Shown here in pieces: positions 61,492 to 64,000 of a stretch of 64,000 nucleotides of DNA (its first letter is position 1; the number at the start of each line of letters is the position of its first letter). The translations under genes and the position numbers were made by a program. The notes below the pieces were generated by a model, which searched no databases, was not told the origin of the DNA, and saw only the letters and a program-made list of their open reading frames with translations. The DNA comes from Roseovarius sp. Lineage in GTDB: Bacteria; Pseudomonadota; Alphaproteobacteria; Rhodobacterales; Rhodobacteraceae. Location: the NCBI GenBank assembly GCA_014359765.1, contig JACIYT010000001.1:263569-327568 (forward strand), read 5' to 3'.

Positions 61492-61822
61492 GATCGGGTT
61501 TGACGATTTCCTGAAGGTCGATATCCGCGCCGGCCGCGTGATCCGGGCCGAGCCCTACCCGGAGGCGCGCAAGCCCGCGATCAAGCTCTGGATCGATTTC
61601 GGCCCCGAGATCGGCGAGAAGAAATCGAGCGCGCAGATCACCGCGCATTACACGCCCGAGGCCCTGATCGGGCGGCAGGTGCTGGCGGTGGTGAATTTCC
61701 CGCCCCGCCAGATCGGCAGGTTCGTCTCGGAGGTGCTGGTTCTGGGGGTGAGTGACGCGGCGGGGGGGATTGTCCTCGTCGGGCCGGACCGTGAGGTGCC
61801 TGCCGGCGGCAGGCTGCATTGA
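61484..61822 (+). CDS. csaA: tRNA-binding/secretion chaperone CsaA
   Basis: KVDIRAG, DFGPEIGEKKSSAQIT, VVNFPPRQIG. Confidence 0.9.
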   Translation: MAEIGFDDFLKVDIRAGRVIRAEPYPEARKPAIKLWIDFGPEIGEKKSSAQITAHYTPEALIGRQVLAVVNFPPRQIGRFVSEVLVLGVSDAAGGIVLVGPDREVPAGGRLH

Positions 61823-61844
61823 GGCGGCGCCGGGGGACCGGCTG

Positions 61845-62438
61845 TCAGAAGACCTTGCGCGCCGCGAGGGCCGCGCTGATCGTGCCGTCGTCGAGATAGT
61901 CGAGCTCGCCGCCGATCGGCACCCCCTGCGCGAGCGAGGTGATCGTGACGCGCCCCTCCAGCTGATCGGCGATGTAATGGGCGGTGGTCTGGCCATCGAC
62001 GGTGGCGTTGAGCGCGAGGATCACCTCGGTGATGTCCTCGGCGGCGATGCGGTCCACCAGATCGGGGATGCGCAGCATCTCGGGGCCGACCTGATCGAGC
62101 GCCGAGAGCGTGCCGCCAAGGACGTGATAGCGGCCCCTGAAGGCCCCCCCGCGCTCCATCGCCCAGAGATCGGCCACGTCCTCGACCACGCAGATCTGGC
62201 CGTTGGCACGCTTGTCGCTCCGGCAGATGTCGCAGACCTCCGCCGTGCCGATATTGCCGCAGATGCGGCATTCGCGCGCGGTGGCGGCGACGGTCTGCAT
62301 CAGATCGGCGAGCGGGGAGAGCAGCAGCGCGCGCTTGCGGATGAGGTGGAGGACCGCGCGCCGCGCCGAGCGCGGCCCGAGGCCCGGCAGGCGGGCCATC
62401 AGGTCGATCAGGGCGTCGATGTCGCGGGTGCTGCTCAA
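61845..62438 (-). CDS. recR: Recombination mediator RecR
   Basis: [12 protein letters not shown]4 zinc finger, TOPRIM domain, [12 protein letters not shown]; TTG start. Confidence 0.97.
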   Translation of the reverse strand: MSSTRDIDALIDLMARLPGLGPRSARRAVLHLIRKRALLLSPLADLMQTVAATARECRICGNIGTAEVCDICRSDKRANGQICVVEDVADLWAMERGGAFRGRYHVLGGTLSALDQVGPEMLRIPDLVDRIAAEDITEVILALNATVDGQTTAHYIADQLEGRVTITSLAQGVPIGGELDYLDDGTISAALAARKVF

Positions 62439-62467
62439 TAGGGGGCTCCGGCGGCAAGGGGGGGAAC

Positions 62468-62504
62468 GCCTTCGGCGAGAGTATTTGGAGAAAGATGAAG
62501 CCGC
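62468..62504. repeat. 37-bp dispersed intergenic repeat, copy 2
   Basis: GCCTTCGGCGAGAGTATTTGGAGAAAGATGAAGCCGC; 33/37 identical to 47000-47036. Confidence 0.85.
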
Positions 62505-62505
62505 C

Positions 62506-62850
62506 TCAGAACGGCAGTTTCATGTCCTTGGGCAGGCCCATCGATTCGGTGAGCTTGCCCATCTCTTCCTTGATCCTGTCCTGCGCGCGCGATTGCGCGT
62601 CCTTGATCGCGGCGAGGATCAGATCCTCGACCACTTCCTTGTCATCGGCGTTGAAGATCGACGGGTCGATGTCGAGCGCCTTGAGCTCGCCCTTGGCGGT
62701 GCAGGTGGCCTTGACGAGGCCCGCGCCCGATTCGCCGGTGACGGTGATCTGGTGCATCTCTTCCTGGAGCGCGGCCATCTTCTGCTGCATTTCCTGGGCA
62801 GCCTTCATCATCTTGGCCATGTCGCCCATCTGTCCCAGCCCCTTGAACAT
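62506..62850 (-). CDS. ybaB: YbaB/EbfC nucleoid-associated protein
   Basis: [31 protein letters not shown]; dnaX-ybaB-recR gene order. Confidence 0.95.
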   Translation of the reverse strand: MFKGLGQMGDMAKMMKAAQEMQQKMAALQEEMHQITVTGESGAGLVKATCTAKGELKALDIDPSIFNADDKEVVEDLILAAIKDAQSRAQDRIKEEMGKLTESMGLPKDMKLPF

Positions 62851-62917
62851 GTCGGTCGTCTCCTGCTGAAAGGTTCGGCGCGGCTTTAACCATATCGCGC
62901 GCGGTTTGGCGAGGCGC

Positions 62918-64000
62918 TCAGTCCTCCTCGAACGGGTCCCATTCCTCATCCACCTCGGGCAGCGCCTGCGCCTCTGCCTCGGTGGCGATGTCCTGCGCGC
63001 TGCGGATGTCACGGATCGCGGCGCGGGGAAAGACCTCGAACACGGCGCGCACCAGCGGGTGATCGCGGGCCTCCGCCGCGAGCGCGGATTGCACCGCCTC
63101 GCGCGCTTCGGCGATGGTGGGGGTGGTGGCGGAATTGACGAGGCTCACCGCCCAGCGTTGGCCGGTCCAGCGTTGCAGGCTCGAGCCGAGGCGCTGGGCG
63201 AGATCGGCGGGCGCGTCGGGCGTGGGGGTGAACTCGATCCGGCCCGGGCGGTAGGCGGCGAGGCGCAGGCCGGTTTCGACATCGATCAGCATCTTGGCGT
63301 CGCGCTGGGCACGGATGAGGTCGAGCACATGCTCGAAGCTCGGATAGGCGGCCAGCGCCACCGCCTGCGCGGGCGCGGCGGCGGTGACTGGGCCGCCGGC
63401 CTGTCCGCCGGTCCCGCCCGGGGCCGTGGCGCGCGGCGCGGCCCCGGGCGGGGCGGTGCGCGGCGCGCTGCCGCCGGGTCCGGAGCCGGTGGGCGGGGTG
63501 CGCTGCAACTGCCGCACGAGATCCTCGGGCGCGGGCAGGTCGGCGACATGGGTGAGGCGGATCACCGCCATTTCGGCGGCCATCATGGCGTTGGGGGCCT
63601 GGGCCACCTCGTCGAGCGCCTTGAGGAGCATCTGCCACATGCGCGTAAGCACGCGCATCGGCAGCGAGTCCGCCATGGCGAGGCCGCGCGCGCGCTCGTC
63701 GGGGCCGGTGGTCGGATCCTCGGCGGCGTCGGGCGTGATCTTGACCACCGAGACCCAATGGGTGATCTCGGCGAGATCGCGCAGCACGGCGAGCGGATCG
63801 GCACCCTCGGCATATTGCGCGCCCAGTTCGGTGAGCGCGCCCGCCGCATCGCCCTTCATGATCAGGTCGAAGAGGTCGAGCACGCGGCCCCGGTCGGCGA
63901 GGCCGAGCATGGCGCGGACCTGTTCGGCGGTGGTCTCGCCCGCGCCATGCGAAATCGCCTGATCGAGAAGCGAGGTGGCATCGCGCGCCGAGCCTTCGGC
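62918..64000 (-). CDS. dnaX: DNA polymerase III subunit gamma/tau, 5'-partial
   Basis: AEGSARDATSLLDQA, Pro/Ala linker, C-terminal tau domain, EEWDPFEED. Confidence 0.93.
   Translation of the reverse strand, partial: AEGSARDATSLLDQAISHGAGETTAEQVRAMLGLADRGRVLDLFDLIMKGDAAGALTELGAQYAEGADPLAVLRDLAEITHWVSVVKITPDAAEDPTTGPDERARGLAMADSLPMRVLTRMWQMLLKALDEVAQAPNAMMAAEMAVIRLTHVADLPAPEDLVRQLQRTPPTGSGPGGSAPRTAPPGAAPRATAPGGTGGQAGGPVTAAAPAQAVALAAYPSFEHVLDLIRAQRDAKMLIDVETGLRLAAYRPGRIEFTPTPDAPADLAQRLGSSLQRWTGQRWAVSLVNSATTPTIAEAREAVQSALAAEARDHPLVRAVFEVFPRAAIRDIRSAQDIATEAEAQALPEVDEEWDPFEED

Noticed and set aside
1-64000. CRISPR arrays, rRNA, tRNA, prophage or defence islands
   Set aside because: No regularly spaced repeats, RNA gene signatures or phage/defence genes were recognised.

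Overview
A very GC-rich window, mostly core genome of a Rhodobacteraceae/Roseobacter-group alphaproteobacterium (taxon inferred from gene sequences and gene order). It holds about 56 real CDS: a partial TRAP large permease, prfC, pyrG, secG, nrdR-ribD, PBP1A, prfB, tatABC, trpG-trpD-trpC-moaC-moeA, ileS, gyrA, serC-serA, aroA, dapA, a split mnmC, matB plus malonyl-CoA decarboxylase, engB, yidC, ttcA, proC, recR, ybaB and a partial dnaX. Most of the other long ORFs in the track are antisense shadows caused by high GC. No rRNA, tRNA, CRISPR or prophage was seen. The most interesting signals are non-coding or very small. (1) A leaderless 16-aa uORF with Ile-Ile-Ile-Arg-Ile lies upstream of ileS, followed by mutually exclusive hairpins and a C-rich tract; this is a candidate Ile-tRNA-sensing attenuator. 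(2) A pyrG leader hairpin sequesters the SD and begins at CCC start positions, a candidate for CTP-sensitive start-site control. (3) Tandem NrdR-like boxes 31 bp apart cover the gyrA promoter. (4) An intact CP-ATP-grasp/alpha-E/transglutaminase/Anbu operon of unknown function is present. (5) There is a 408-bp CTAG-bounded MITE-like element and three families of short intergenic repeats. (6) A decayed IS256 remnant sits beside a collapsed gene and may mark one end of a ~19-kb inversion. All family assignments come from recognised motifs, not database searches.
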